Below, one piece after another: positions 1-10,065 of a stretch of 32,000 nt of DNA. The translations under genes and the position numbers were made by a program. Each line of letters begins with the position of its first letter. Positions within the stretch are counted from its first letter, which is position 1. The stretch comes from an uncultured Chloroflexia bacterium (GTDB lineage: Bacteria; Chloroflexota; Ktedonobacteria; Ktedonobacterales; JADMIN01), in NCBI GenBank assembly GCA_963718915.1, contig CAVRAI010000014.1, forward strand, positions 1 through 32,000, written 5' to 3'. The notes below the pieces were generated by a model. That model made no database searches, had not been told where the DNA came from, and worked only from the letters and a program-made list of their open reading frames with translations.

Positions 1-336
1 TCGTCGCAGCGCATCTTCCCCTGATTGGCCACTTTACCTCATTCCGCAGACATGCACGTGGACGTACGATACCGACGTGGCAGATGAGGTCAAGCAGGCC
101 CTTGTATTTGGTCTCTTCCATGAACATAGCGAGTCTTCCCCGCCGGTTGATCTGCATAATCTAAGCCAAAGTGAAAATCTGCCTAGATTATGCAAATCGC
201 TGTGCTGACGGTCAACCTGAGGCGAGCGCATCGTTCGCGTATCTGCGCTCCTCAGTACTTGCACCAGCATTCGGCCATGATATCAAACGCCCTCGCGGAA
301 CGCGGTGCAATTGCCCTTCCGTGATTCCCATGAATT

Positions 337-1539
337 CTACATCTCTCGCGGCTGGCGTGGTTCGTGACGCCACATTCGTGGGGCATCCTCATCTCGACGA
401 CCCCGTCCTCGCAGTGGTCTTCCCGATCTCCCGGAGCGGCTGTCGGTTGCGAAGCCAAGGCGATCGACCGGGCTGGAGGCGCGCTGCAGCTCCCCGATCC
501 GCCCCGGAGTCATATTCAAGTACCCCTGGGTCGTGCGAATGTCGGCGTGGCCCAGTTTAAGCTGGACCGTCCGCAAGTCGGCGCCGGCGTCGAGGGTTTC
601 GAGTGCCGAGGTGTGGCGCAACAGGTGCAGGTGGAGATGCGGCACGCCCGCGGCACGCTCCAGGCGGTGCAGCCAGCTGCGCAGCCCATAATAGGTAAAG
701 CCTGTGCCATGGATCGTCTGGAAGAACGGCGCCAGCGCCGAAACATCGCTGTTATCCAGCCCCTCACGGAGGAGCGCGTAACGGCGCAGGGCGCGCATCG
801 TCTCACCGCCCACGGCGATCAGGCGCGGCTTACGCCCCTTACTGCGTCGCACGACAAGGATGCCTTCTTTGAGCGAGACATCGCCGATAGTCAGGGCGGC
901 AATTTCCCTTGCTCTCAGACCGCCGTCGATGAGGGTCAGCAGGAGCGCGCGCGAGCGCGCGCCGAAGACACTATCTCTGTCGTGCTCCGCCGCCCGCACC
1001 AACTTCCGTAAATCCCCAATCTTGACTGGCACCTTCGCCGTCTCTTCGCCCCGCGGCATTTTGAAGTAGCGCAGTGGCGACTCCTCGCAGTAGCGGTGCG
1101 GTGGCTTGGGCAGCCAATTAGCGAAGACCCGCAGGGTTCGCAGATAGGTGCGTAGCGAGGCGAGGGCAATCGGCGGGTTGCCTTCGGCGACGATGCCGCC
1201 CAGCGCCTTCGGCTGCGCACGCAGACACGCTGTCCAGGCACGAACGGTCTCGGTCGTGAAGTCGTTGAGATCCGGTGCGCGGTCAAGCGCCTCGCGCAGA
1301 TACGTGAGGTAGAGCGTGATCGGGCCGCGATAGGCGCGCTCAGTGGCGGCCGCCAGTGTCTGGGCCACCTCGTCAAGGAAATCCTCGATGAGTGGCTCGA
1401 GTGGGACGCGCGGGACTCGTGATCGCGGCGTTCGTGGAATGCGTGGAGCGCGATGAGGGCGCGCCGTTGCCTGTCCTACTGAACTGGGCAAGTCGGCCTC
1501 GCCTGTTGAGTTGGTGATAGAGAGCGATGCGTTGGCCAT
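337..1539 (-). CDS. tyrosine-type site-specific recombinase (phage-type integrase)
   Basis: 400-aa ORF. The C-terminal catalytic region has GLRAREIAAL (box I Arg), HLLRHTSA (H-x-x-R) and LGHADIRTTQGYLN (catalytic Tyr), as in the XerC/XerD/phage integrase family. The N-terminal part looks like a core-binding domain (ERAYRGPITLYLTYL). It lies about 400 bp from the 3' end of tRNA-Lys. Confidence 0.85.
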   Translation of the reverse strand: MANASLSITNSTGEADLPSSVGQATARPHRAPRIPRTPRSRVPRVPLEPLIEDFLDEVAQTLAAATERAYRGPITLYLTYLREALDRAPDLNDFTTETVRAWTACLRAQPKALGGIVAEGNPPIALASLRTYLRTLRVFANWLPKPPHRYCEESPLRYFKMPRGEETAKVPVKIGDLRKLVRAAEHDRDSVFGARSRALLLTLIDGGLRAREIAALTIGDVSLKEGILVVRRSKGRKPRLIAVGGETMRALRRYALLREGLDNSDVSALAPFFQTIHGTGFTYYGLRSWLHRLERAAGVPHLHLHLLRHTSALETLDAGADLRTVQLKLGHADIRTTQGYLNMTPGRIGELQRASSPVDRLGFATDSRSGRSGRPLRGRGRRDEDAPRMWRHEPRQPREM

Positions 1540-1942
1540 ATAGGAGTCCTCCCTTGTGGGCGCCGGGGTGGGCGCCAGCTAGATGCGCCGCCCGCAGTCC
1601 TGGTAGTTGGTATCTGGTATGCCGAGTATCTGCCACCCGCATGGCGCCCGCAACTTTGTGCGTCCTCGCTGCGCATATGCTGCGTAAGGGGCGCGAAGCG
1701 GATGCGAACGACTTGCAGAGCGAATGCTGACTCGGTGCGGACCACGTGTGACGCGACTGCGACGGGCGAGGGGACTGAATGCAGCCCATATGCACGGGAG
1801 GTGCGAATGCTGAGAGCAGCTGATGCGAATAAGATGTGTCCCGAAAGTAGGCAGCTAACTCCGCGTTTTTTCGAGAGGAGGAGAGCCAGGGCCAGACACA
1901 ACATGTGGGAGCAGGATCATCTCCTGCTCCCACTGGTAGTAG

Positions 1943-2018
<76 letters not shown>

Positions 2019-2122
2019 ATGCGTCGCGATTGCTCGCGGCACGGTCAATAGTACCATATCGCCGCTGGCTCCGCAAGGGCGCGAGACGGAATCAGCGGCG
2101 AATTCTCTCCATTCCACGCATC

Positions 2123-3283
2123 TCAGGCAACTTCGAAGTTCCGGCTGCTGATCGGCGCCGTGACCGTCACACGCTCGAAGTACTCGCTCCCCAGCAGGTC
2201 GCGCACGAGCGCCAATGGGAACATCGCCGGATCGATGGAGAACTGTGTGCGGTGGGCCGCCAGGGCCGCGATCTTGCGATCGATATGGGCCGAGATATCC
2301 ACGCCAATGAGCTGGTCAACGTCCTGCTCGGCGTCCCCAGCTTCGTCAACGGCGACGCCACCCAGCCGCGCCTCACCACCCCGCCCCGCGAACGCGGTCG
2401 GAGTCTGCGATGAGAGCACCAGACACGTCACAGTATCCGTTGCGACCATCGAGGCATCCTGCGACGCATGTCGCGCGAGCGCCCGCTCGCCAAAGAATTC
2501 TCCTGGCCCTAGCCGCCGGAGCACTCGTCGCGTTCCGTCGTCATCCTCGCGAGTAGCCTCGACGCTGCCTGTCACAATCAGATAGAGGCTCGACGCTGAC
2601 TCGCCCTGCTCCACGATGGAGAAGCCTTCCGGGAACCACTGCGTCTCGACGGCATCGTCGGCATAGCGCAGCAGGGTCGCCTCTTCGGCCAGCAGCGTAA
2701 ACCCACGGATGAAGGCCGACGTCCCGCGGAAGCGCGCGGCGCGGTTCGTGAGCCAGTCCGCCAGGCTGTGGCAGATGAGTTGATGCTGGTGTGGGAAGGC
2801 GCTGTAGTAGAGGTGCGGCGCGCGACCATCTCTCCGTGCGATCAGTTGGCATGCCAGCGTGGTGGCGGCGCTGATGGCGATATGGTCGGGATGCTCATAC
2901 CCGCCATCCAGGCCAAAGGTGACGACGACATCTGGCCTGAACTCGTCGATGCGTGCGGCCACATCATGCGCAAGCATCATGACGCCCACGTCCCGCAGCG
3001 TGCCATCCAGATAGTCCAGACACTCTACCCGCTGGACGCCGAGTTGCGCGCATGCCAGGCGCAGCTCGCCCTCGCGGACGGCTCCCAGCGTGCGACGTGT
3101 GGCTGCGCTCGCATCCTGAATCTGCCCCGCCTCACCATGGGTGGCCGAGAGAACCATCGCCTCACCACCTGAGGCTACCCAGCGCGCCACCGTTCCACCC
3201 ACGCAGAAGACCTCGTCATCTGGATGAGCGAAAACACATAGGAGTCGCGAAGGTCGATCGGTGGTCATCGGGTAGAGGCTCAT
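2123..3283 (-). CDS. PIG-L/LmbE-family N-acetylglucosaminyl deacetylase with an inserted cyclic-nucleotide-binding-like domain
   Basis: Family motifs VFAHPDDEVF and YEHPDHIA are present, plus the C-terminal KIAALAAHRTQF. Between them sits a beta-barrel-type segment (FPEGFSIVEQGESASSLYLIVTGSVE...LGPGEFFGERALA) typical of cNMP-binding domains. The start is set at ATG 3283 (MSLYPMTTD), preceded by GAGGAG. The longer ORF to 3484 has no homology-like N-terminus. Confidence 0.8.
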   Translation of the reverse strand: MSLYPMTTDRPSRLLCVFAHPDDEVFCVGGTVARWVASGGEAMVLSATHGEAGQIQDASAATRRTLGAVREGELRLACAQLGVQRVECLDYLDGTLRDVGVMMLAHDVAARIDEFRPDVVVTFGLDGGYEHPDHIAISAATTLACQLIARRDGRAPHLYYSAFPHQHQLICHSLADWLTNRAARFRGTSAFIRGFTLLAEEATLLRYADDAVETQWFPEGFSIVEQGESASSLYLIVTGSVEATREDDDGTRRVLRRLGPGEFFGERALARHASQDASMVATDTVTCLVLSSQTPTAFAGRGGEARLGGVAVDEAGDAEQDVDQLIGVDISAHIDRKIAALAAHRTQFSIDPAMFPLALVRDLLGSEYFERVTVTAPISSRNFEVA

Positions 3284-3538
3284 AGCGCCTGCTCCTCTCG
3301 TTGTCAGTGACGTCCTTTGATGGTGTTGTTCGCCATTTCTCTGTGCTATGTCATTCTCCACGCGACCACGAGAAACGGAGACCGCGCTGACATATTTGAG
3401 ATACGGAGGATCACCTTTACGCGGCCAGAACGAGGCTATTTTGGAGGGGGGAGGGAGTGATACAAATGAGGAAAACAGAAGCACAGGGACATCAGCAATG
3501 ATATCCCTGTGGTGTGTTATTTTCGCAGCAGAACGAAT

Positions 3539-5512
3539 CTAGCGCGTGGCGCTATGTGACGCCACATCGTCCGCGGTGGCCGATGCGCCGCCGCCCGCGT
3601 AGCCACTGGCTGTGCCTGGACGCACCAGTTCGCGCACCACGTCTTTGATGTGGCCGGATGAGAGGCCGATCAACTCGCGCAGAATCGCCGGCGCGCCATG
3701 CTCGATGAACTTATCAGGAACGCCAATGATCTTGAGGCGCACGTCATGCAGCCCATGCGCGTGTAGCAACTCCGCTACCGCGCTGCCGAACCCGCCCGCC
3801 ACGGCGCCATCCTCGATGGTGACCAGCGTGTGGGTTGCTCGCGCTAGCCGCAGAATCAGCTCTTCGTCCAGCGGCTTGACCCAGCGCGCATTCACCGCCA
3901 CCGCGCGGATGTTATCCTCGGTCGCCAGCTCGCTCACCGCCTGCTCTACCGCGGGCACGAGATGGCCATAGCCCAGCACCGCGCACTCGGCCTGATCGAT
4001 CTCCGCCTCCGGCGAAAGCAACTCAGCCTTGCCGACGGGCAGTTCGTGGAAGTCGTCGTCCATTGGCACGCCGACGCCTTTGCCACGTGGATAGCGCAGC
4101 GCCACCGGCCCATCCATCTGCAGCGCGGTATAGAGCATGTGGCGTAGCTCGTTCTCGTCCTTCGGCGCCATCACCCGCATGTTGGGGATCATCCGCAGGA
4201 AGGCGATATCGAAGACGCCCTGCTGCGTGTGGCCATCCTCGCCGACCAGCCCGGCGCGATCGATCGGGAAGACGACGTGCAGGTTCTGCACGCAGACATC
4301 GTGGATTATCTGATCGAAGGCGCGCTGCAGAAAGGTGGAATAGATCGCCGCCACCGGCTTCATGCCGCCGCACGCCAGCCCAGCGGCGAAGGTGACCGCA
4401 TGCTGCTCGGCGATGCCTACGTCGAAGAAGCGGTCGGGATACTTCTGCTGGAACTCGGTCAGCGCCGTCCCCTCAGACATCGCCGCGGTGATCGCCACAA
4501 CCCTGGGATCGCGCTTCGCCAGCTCGATCATTGCCTTGCCAAAGATGGCGGAGAACGTTGGTGGCCCATCGGACTTTTTCAGTTCGCCGGTCTGTGGATC
4601 ATAGGCGCCGGGGCCGTGAAATTTGGTCGGCTCTGCCTCGGCGAAGTCGCATCCCTGGCCCTTCTTGGTGATGACCTGGATGAAGACCGGGCCTTCCATC
4701 TGGCGCGCCTTGCGGAAGACCTCCACCATCTCCTGGGTGTTATGGCCATCGAAGGGGCCGAGGAAGGTGAAGCCCAGCTCCTCGAAGATCACACCAGTCT
4801 TGCTTGGCAGCACGAACTCTTTGGCGCTGCGGGCCGTCCGCCCGGCAACCTCTTTCGCCAGATTGCCGCCCGGCACGTGCTTCAGCGACTGGCTGGCGGC
4901 GTTGCGTATGCGGCGGAAGTTCGGGTCCGTTCGGAGTTTGCCCAGGTGGGCGTTGAGCGCGCCGACGTTGTCGGAGATGCTCTTGTCGTTGTCGTTGAGG
5001 ATGACGATCAGGTTCTTGCGCAGCGCGCCCGCGTTGTTGAGCGCCTCCAGCGCCATCCCGCCAGTTAGCGCGCCATCTCCGATCACCGCGACGACCGAGA
5101 ATTTCTCGCCAAGCAGGTCGCGCGCCGCCGCCATGCCCAGTGCCGCTGAGATGGAGGTGCTGGCGTGGCTCGCGCCAAAGGCGTCATATTCGCTCTCGTC
5201 GCGGCGCAGATAGCCCGAGAGACCACCGAACTGCTTGATGGTGCGGAATTTGTCACGTCGCCCCGTGACGAGTTTGTGGGGGTATGCCTGGTGGCCGATG
5301 TCCCAGACGAGGAGGTCGTTCGGCGTATCGAAGGCGATGTGGAGCGCGAGGGTCAGTTCAATGGTACCCAGATTTGGGGCAAGATGTCCGCCGCGTAGCG
5401 CCACCGTTTCGATGATCTCCTGGCGCATCTCCTGCGCCAGCAGGGCAAGCTCCCTGGAGGAAAGCGCCTTGAGCTGCGCGGGCTGGTCAATGGTATCGAG
5501 TATTCGTGTCAC
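3539..5512 (-). CDS. dxs: 1-deoxy-D-xylulose-5-phosphate synthase
   Basis: 657 aa. The N-terminus (ILDTIDQPAQLKALSSRELALLAQEMRQEII...GGHLAPNLGTIELTLALH), the ThDP motif GDGALTGGMALEALNNAG and the transketolase-like C-terminus fit DXS. GTG start, preceded by GGAGGAGTGAGGA. Confidence 0.95.
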   Translation of the reverse strand: MTRILDTIDQPAQLKALSSRELALLAQEMRQEIIETVALRGGHLAPNLGTIELTLALHIAFDTPNDLLVWDIGHQAYPHKLVTGRRDKFRTIKQFGGLSGYLRRDESEYDAFGASHASTSISAALGMAAARDLLGEKFSVVAVIGDGALTGGMALEALNNAGALRKNLIVILNDNDKSISDNVGALNAHLGKLRTDPNFRRIRNAASQSLKHVPGGNLAKEVAGRTARSAKEFVLPSKTGVIFEELGFTFLGPFDGHNTQEMVEVFRKARQMEGPVFIQVITKKGQGCDFAEAEPTKFHGPGAYDPQTGELKKSDGPPTFSAIFGKAMIELAKRDPRVVAITAAMSEGTALTEFQQKYPDRFFDVGIAEQHAVTFAAGLACGGMKPVAAIYSTFLQRAFDQIIHDVCVQNLHVVFPIDRAGLVGEDGHTQQGVFDIAFLRMIPNMRVMAPKDENELRHMLYTALQMDGPVALRYPRGKGVGVPMDDDFHELPVGKAELLSPEAEIDQAECAVLGYGHLVPAVEQAVSELATEDNIRAVAVNARWVKPLDEELILRLARATHTLVTIEDGAVAGGFGSAVAELLHAHGLHDVRLKIIGVPDKFIEHGAPAILRELIGLSSGHIKDVVRELVRPGTASGYAGGGASATADDVASHSATR

Positions 5513-5781
5513 GAGTCCTCACTCCTCCAGGGGCGGCAGGGCCGATATGCGCTATGCCCAAACGTCTCCCCAGACGCTCTGTTTACTGAATGAATGATGC
5601 GTTGCATTGTCGCACGTTTTGCACGTTATAAAAAGGCATCGGGCGTGGCCCGCACTGCCGCCGACTATCCAGTGATCTCCATCGTTACATCGTCATTGAT
5701 GTGGTTTTCCGAGGTGTGCTTAACATCGTATCGTGCGAACGGGTTTCTTGTCTACGTGATTATATGGCGCGCATCTCGTCA

Positions 5782-6609
5782 TCACAACCGCGCGCTCCCG
5801 TCGCTATGCGCACTCGTGTGCATCATCCACATGCACTCATGTGCCATTAGCAGCCACTCGCCGAATCGCGCGTCACCAGAAAACGGGTATCGGCAGGTGA
5901 ATCCCAATGAGCGAGAGCAGTGCGCCCAGACCGAGCCACACGGCCAGGAAGCTAAGAATCCAGCAGGTATGAGTACGCCAAAGATCAGTAGACGACTTCG
6001 CCCACTCCCAGCGGCCAGCGCGTTGAGTGTGGCAATGAGTGTGTAGAGGCCAACCGCCAGATTGAGAACTATTACCACAAACCCTACCAGCGAATCCTGG
6101 CCAATGCCTGTCAACCCCAGTGCGAACGCTGGCTCGCCAATAACAATATTGATGACAGTGATCACTATCTGTGCTAACAGGTATGGCCGCGCCACCTGGA
6201 ATGCTCGCTCGTTCAGGCTGCCCCGCTCGGCTGACATCAGTGCGGCGACCACGTAGACAGTAACCGCAAGACTCAGCAACCCCAGCACTGGATTGACTAC
6301 CAGCGAATTGATCACCCAGCTCAGCGGCGAGGGCGCGCCGAAAAGATACTGTGGCGAGGTAGAACCAGGTGTCGTCAGCAGTGTTCGTATGCCCAGGCTG
6401 ATAATGCTATCAAGCAGGCCAAGACAGACTGCGGTGATAACCAGCGGCAGAACCCACCCCGGCTCGACGACGCGCATCCAGCGGGCGTACGCGGCGCGGC
6501 TGGGACGCTTCGCGACGGCGAGCAGCGCCGTGCCAAGTCGCTGCAGCGCTGAACCCGTCAGCGTCTCAATTGGGCCTTCGGGCGGCACGAGTTGTGGGGA
6601 GTTCTCCAT
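5782..6609 (-). CDS. hypothetical multi-pass membrane protein
   Basis: 275-aa ORF with at least 5 hydrophobic helices (e.g. WVLPLVITAVCLGLLDSIISLGI, VLGLLSLAVTVYVVAALM, LVGFVVIVLNLAVGLYTLIATL). It starts 7 nt after the stop of the upstream ORF, suggesting an operon. The Cys/His-rich C-terminal tail may be read-through. No family recognised. Confidence 0.5.
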   Translation of the reverse strand: MENSPQLVPPEGPIETLTGSALQRLGTALLAVAKRPSRAAYARWMRVVEPGWVLPLVITAVCLGLLDSIISLGIRTLLTTPGSTSPQYLFGAPSPLSWVINSLVVNPVLGLLSLAVTVYVVAALMSAERGSLNERAFQVARPYLLAQIVITVINIVIGEPAFALGLTGIGQDSLVGFVVIVLNLAVGLYTLIATLNALAAGSGRSRLLIFGVLIPAGFLASWPCGSVWAHCSRSLGFTCRYPFSGDARFGEWLLMAHECMWMMHTSAHSDGSARL

Positions 6610-6616
6610 GCGCGCG

Positions 6617-7030
6617 TTAGAGCATCCACGAGGGCGCCGCCACCGCCTGCGGCTGCGCCTGATCCATCCGCTCCAGGTCCTGTTGCGCGTGGGAGACGAT
6701 GAAGTCGGTCAACCGGGCGATACTACGCCAGCGCGCCGTCTCTTTGTCGGGATCATATTTATAGGCTGCGATGAGCGCGCGTAGATCGGCGACAGGCAGC
6801 GTGTTCAGCCGCGCGCGCAGGGTATCCTCGCCGCCAGCGTCCAGCAGATCGATCACATCAATGGCTGGGCCTTCGCCGAAGACGCCGAGCAGCCCGCTCT
6901 CCGCCAGCGCGTCGCGAAGCTGACGCGCCATCACTTCGTCGTGTGCGGCGCGCGCGGCCAGATGGCGAAACGTCTCCGTAATCTGTCGCAGTTCGTATGC
7001 GTCCACGTCGCCGCTCCCTTCGCGATGCAC
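6617..7030 (-). CDS. hypothetical protein
   Basis: 137-aa ORF with high third-position GC in this frame, apparently co-transcribed with the membrane protein downstream. No motif recognised. Confidence 0.45.
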   Translation of the reverse strand: MHREGSGDVDAYELRQITETFRHLAARAAHDEVMARQLRDALAESGLLGVFGEGPAIDVIDLLDAGGEDTLRARLNTLPVADLRALIAAYKYDPDKETARWRSIARLTDFIVSHAQQDLERMDQAQPQAVAAPSWML

Positions 7031-7382
7031 TGCGTATGCTATCGAATACCAGATCGAATACCAGTTGGGTTGGATGTGATTTCCCCGTGATGATCACTGC
7101 GATTGTAGCTGGCGGCGCGCCAACAGACAAGCAAATGGGGAAGCGGTAGCCAGAGTGGCTGCTATGCCCAGAAATCGCTCCGCATATGCTGGATGCTCTC
7201 CGCACAGGTGATGCGATAGATCACCGGGCTTCGTTGGGGATGTTGATGGCGTCGAGGGCGTTTCGTTGCCGCGAGGAGTACGTGACCTGACGATGCCTGA
7301 CGATGGTGGAAGGGAGCCTGACTGGCAGTACTCCCTCCCACGGTGAAAACCGACATGTGCGCGATGCGAACCGCGCTCGCGA

Positions 7383-8651
7383 TCACACGCGATGTTTCAA
7401 GAATGGAACGAATGTCACCGTTCCCTGGACTGTCGAGCAGCCCGTCGCGCCGGGACCACCTGGGCAGCCCCAGTAGTTCTGTGTGGCGTCAACCGCGCCG
7501 CCCCCGGCGTTCTGGACGCCGATAGAGCCTTTGCCGAGCAGATTATTGTTGTGCAGTGACAGATTCATCGCGGTCGAGCCAATCCAGACATCGATAGCCT
7601 CATTCGTGACCGTGTTGAACTTGATCGTCATACCCGTGATGGGAGCCGCGTTGCCATTCGCGTCGCTGAAGATGATGATGCCGGTCGGGCCACTCGTCCC
7701 CGCATCGCCATCGGCGGCATTCCCACTCACAAAGTTTCCGATGATCCGATTCCCGTTCAGATCCTGCCCAAACGCATGGCTGTGGAGCGCGACGCCGGGC
7801 AGTCCGTTATTGGTCAACACATTGCCGAGGACAAGGTTATCGAAGGACTTCGTGCCTGGTGTCGGCGCGAAAATACCGACGCCCGCGCCACCGTTACCCG
7901 TCGACAGGTTGTAGGAGACCGTGTTGTTGTAGACGCCGTTGCCTGGCAGTGGCACACCATTGGCGTCGAAGCCAGAGGGGTGCGAAGGCAACGTGATGCC
8001 GCAGTCTATCTTGTTATCGCGGACAATGTTGCCAGTAATCAGGTTGTCATGCGTCGGACCGGTCTCGTCGGTGAGCAGGATACCGCCCACATTGTTCGCA
8101 ACCACATTGTGCGAGATCGTCGACCAGGCAACGCCAAGGAGATGAAGCGCTTCGCCGCAATCATCCTGATCGAAGGGCAGCGCGCCGGGACACGTGGCGT
8201 CTGGCTGCAGCCCGCGGTCATTTTGGCTCACCACATTCCAGCTCACCACCACCTGCTTCGTATTGCGAATCAGGATGCCCTCCAGCGTGGCATTCTTCAC
8301 CGTGAATCCGGTAATCACTGTCCCGCGCGCGCCAGAGCCATCCACAAGGAAGCCATGACTCTGCCCGGTCGCATCGACGACCGCTTTGCTGCCCGCGCCC
8401 TGAAGGGTCAGCGACTTCGTGATCGTCACCTGCTCGCTATAGGTTCCGGCCGCGACGTTGATGCGCGCCCCCGGCGGCGCGTTATCGACTGCCTCCTGAA
8501 TGGAGTGATAGCAGCCGTTGCCATGAGGATTGACGCACAACACCGTCTGACCATGAGCTGACGCGACGCCACCCCCCAGGGATGCGGCGCTGAGGATAGC
8601 CGCTAGGACACCGGCGAATGTCAGAGACCAGCGCGACAGGGATCTACGCAT
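7383..8651 (-). CDS. secreted right-handed parallel beta-helix repeat protein (NosD/pectate-lyase-like fold)
   Basis: Signal peptide MRRSLSRWSLTFAGVLAAILSAASLGGGVASA. It is followed by many repeats of about 22 aa of the type N-x-V-x-x-N/G (ISHNVVANNVGGILL, ITGNIVRDNKIDCGI, VLGNVLTNNGLPGVAL, IIGNFVSGNAADG). ATG 8651 is preceded by AAGGAG. The annotated ORF start at 8675 would contain that RBS. Confidence 0.8.
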   Translation of the reverse strand: MRRSLSRWSLTFAGVLAAILSAASLGGGVASAHGQTVLCVNPHGNGCYHSIQEAVDNAPPGARINVAAGTYSEQVTITKSLTLQGAGSKAVVDATGQSHGFLVDGSGARGTVITGFTVKNATLEGILIRNTKQVVVSWNVVSQNDRGLQPDATCPGALPFDQDDCGEALHLLGVAWSTISHNVVANNVGGILLTDETGPTHDNLITGNIVRDNKIDCGITLPSHPSGFDANGVPLPGNGVYNNTVSYNLSTGNGGAGVGIFAPTPGTKSFDNLVLGNVLTNNGLPGVALHSHAFGQDLNGNRIIGNFVSGNAADGDAGTSGPTGIIIFSDANGNAAPITGMTIKFNTVTNEAIDVWIGSTAMNLSLHNNNLLGKGSIGVQNAGGGAVDATQNYWGCPGGPGATGCSTVQGTVTFVPFLKHRV

Positions 8652-8923
8652 CTCCGCGTTCTCCTTTCGGAGCACAGGCCCTTTCCTGGCTCCTGTCTGG
8701 ATTCAACAGCGTGGCCGATGCCAATGCATCGTCCGGTCATATCGCCGCATACATCGTCGTCCGCAGGTGTAGGTGTTGCGTTGCGGTGAGGTGCAGATCT
8801 GGTGTAGACAGTGTCGAGGGAAGTGAACGCAGACGTTTGTTTCGCGTCCGTCGGTTGCGGGGTATACTGCGCTGAGAGTCCGCAGTGGTGACGGCGACCA
8901 CCAGACGATGGGAGAGCGATGAT

Positions 8924-9355
8924 ATGACCGGGACGTTCCATCCTGCGGCAGCGGAACGCGCGGAGTTGCTGGCGGCGGCCCGCGAGGCTGCCACGCATGC
9001 CTGGGCGCCATATTCACACTTCCGCGTGGGCGCGGCGGTTGCGGTCAACACGGCGGAGGGGCGGCGCATTGTTTCCGGCGCCAATGTCGAAAACGCCTCG
9101 TACGGGCTGACGCTTTGCGCCGAACGGGCAGCGCTGGCGGCGGCCTGCCAGCTTGGCGCGGCGGGTGAGCCTCCGCAGATCATGGCGGTCGCGGTTGTCG
9201 GGCTGGATGCGCAGCCGGGTGAATGCATGCCGTGTGGCGCGTGTCGTCAGTGGCTTGCCGAGCTTGCGCCCGACGCCGACTATTATGTGGAAGGGGTCGA
9301 GGAAACGCTCCACCTGGATGACCTGCTGCCTCGCCGGTTCACACTCAACCGCTAG
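8924..9355 (+). CDS. cdd: cytidine deaminase
   Basis: Zinc motifs CAERAAL and PCGACRQWLAE are present, plus VGAAV...G...GANVENASYGLTLC. The size (about 143 aa) fits the homotetrameric class. ATG 8924 follows GGGAGAG. A GTG at 8885 is an alternative start. Confidence 0.9.
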   Translation: MTGTFHPAAAERAELLAAAREAATHAWAPYSHFRVGAAVAVNTAEGRRIVSGANVENASYGLTLCAERAALAAACQLGAAGEPPQIMAVAVVGLDAQPGECMPCGACRQWLAELAPDADYYVEGVEETLHLDDLLPRRFTLNR

Positions 9356-9981
9356 CTACGCAGCAGCGCCTCGATATCCGCAATCGCCTGAGGTGTGCTG
9401 GTGAAGAGGACGGCCTGTATGCCGCAGTCGCGGGCGGCGTCAACATTCTCCGGGAGGTCGTCGAGGAAGACAATTTCAGCGGGAGGGACGTCAAGGCGCT
9501 CGCTGGCGATGGCGTAGATGCGCGGATCGGGCTTGCGAACCCCTTCCTCATGCGAGTAGATGGCCAGCTCTACCATCGAGGTGAAGCCGTAGCGTTTTTC
9601 TTCCTGTTCGCGCGCGCCGAGGAAGCTGTTTGTCAGGATCGCGGTGCGGTAGCGCGGGCGCAGAGCGCGGAAGTAGGCGATCAATTCCTCGTTCGGGTTG
9701 CCCATGTAGATATCCCAGAACGCGACCATGTACGCATCGAAATCGGCCTGGCTCATACCCGTGCATGCCTGGAACCGCTCGCACCATTCGTCGTAGGTGC
9801 AGCGCCCGAATGCGCCGTCCGCAGCGACCGCCTCGAAGCTCCGCGTCAGGTGACCGGGCGGCAGGCCCAGGCGAGTCTCCCACTCCTCATCGAGGGCTGG
9901 GAACCGCGTAGCTGGGTCTCCCCCCTCGGGTATCACCTCAAGGATGCCGCCGATATCAAACATCACCACGCTAATTGCCAT
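9352..9981 (-). CDS. HAD-superfamily hydrolase (subfamily IA-like)
   Basis: Motif I-like VMFDIGGIL, motif III K (VRKPDPRIY) and motif IV FLDDLPENVDAA. ATG 9981 is preceded by GAGGAGAGG. Confidence 0.75.
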   Translation of the reverse strand: MAISVVMFDIGGILEVIPEGGDPATRFPALDEEWETRLGLPPGHLTRSFEAVAADGAFGRCTYDEWCERFQACTGMSQADFDAYMVAFWDIYMGNPNEELIAYFRALRPRYRTAILTNSFLGAREQEEKRYGFTSMVELAIYSHEEGVRKPDPRIYAIASERLDVPPAEIVFLDDLPENVDAARDCGIQAVLFTSTPQAIADIEALLRS

Positions 9982-10065
9982 GAAACCTCTCCTCTGCCAG
10001 CCTGTCTCCTCAATTAAACATTTCACAACCTTGCGAAGAACCAACCTGGCCTGCCATTGAGGGTA

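Noticed and set aside
1-560. ORFs 34-270 (-) and 171-560 (+), plus a possible minus-strand ORF starting at ATG about 129 (MEETKYKGLLDLICHV...) and running off the left edge.
   Set aside because: There are no recognisable motifs. 171-560 overlaps the integrase 3' end in antisense. The edge ORF has only about 43 visible codons and a poorly spaced RBS, which is too little to call.
9352-9355. cdd and the HAD hydrolase gene share a palindromic CTAG, so their stop codons overlap on opposite strands.
   Set aside because: This is a trivial consequence of convergent packing and there is no evidence of function.
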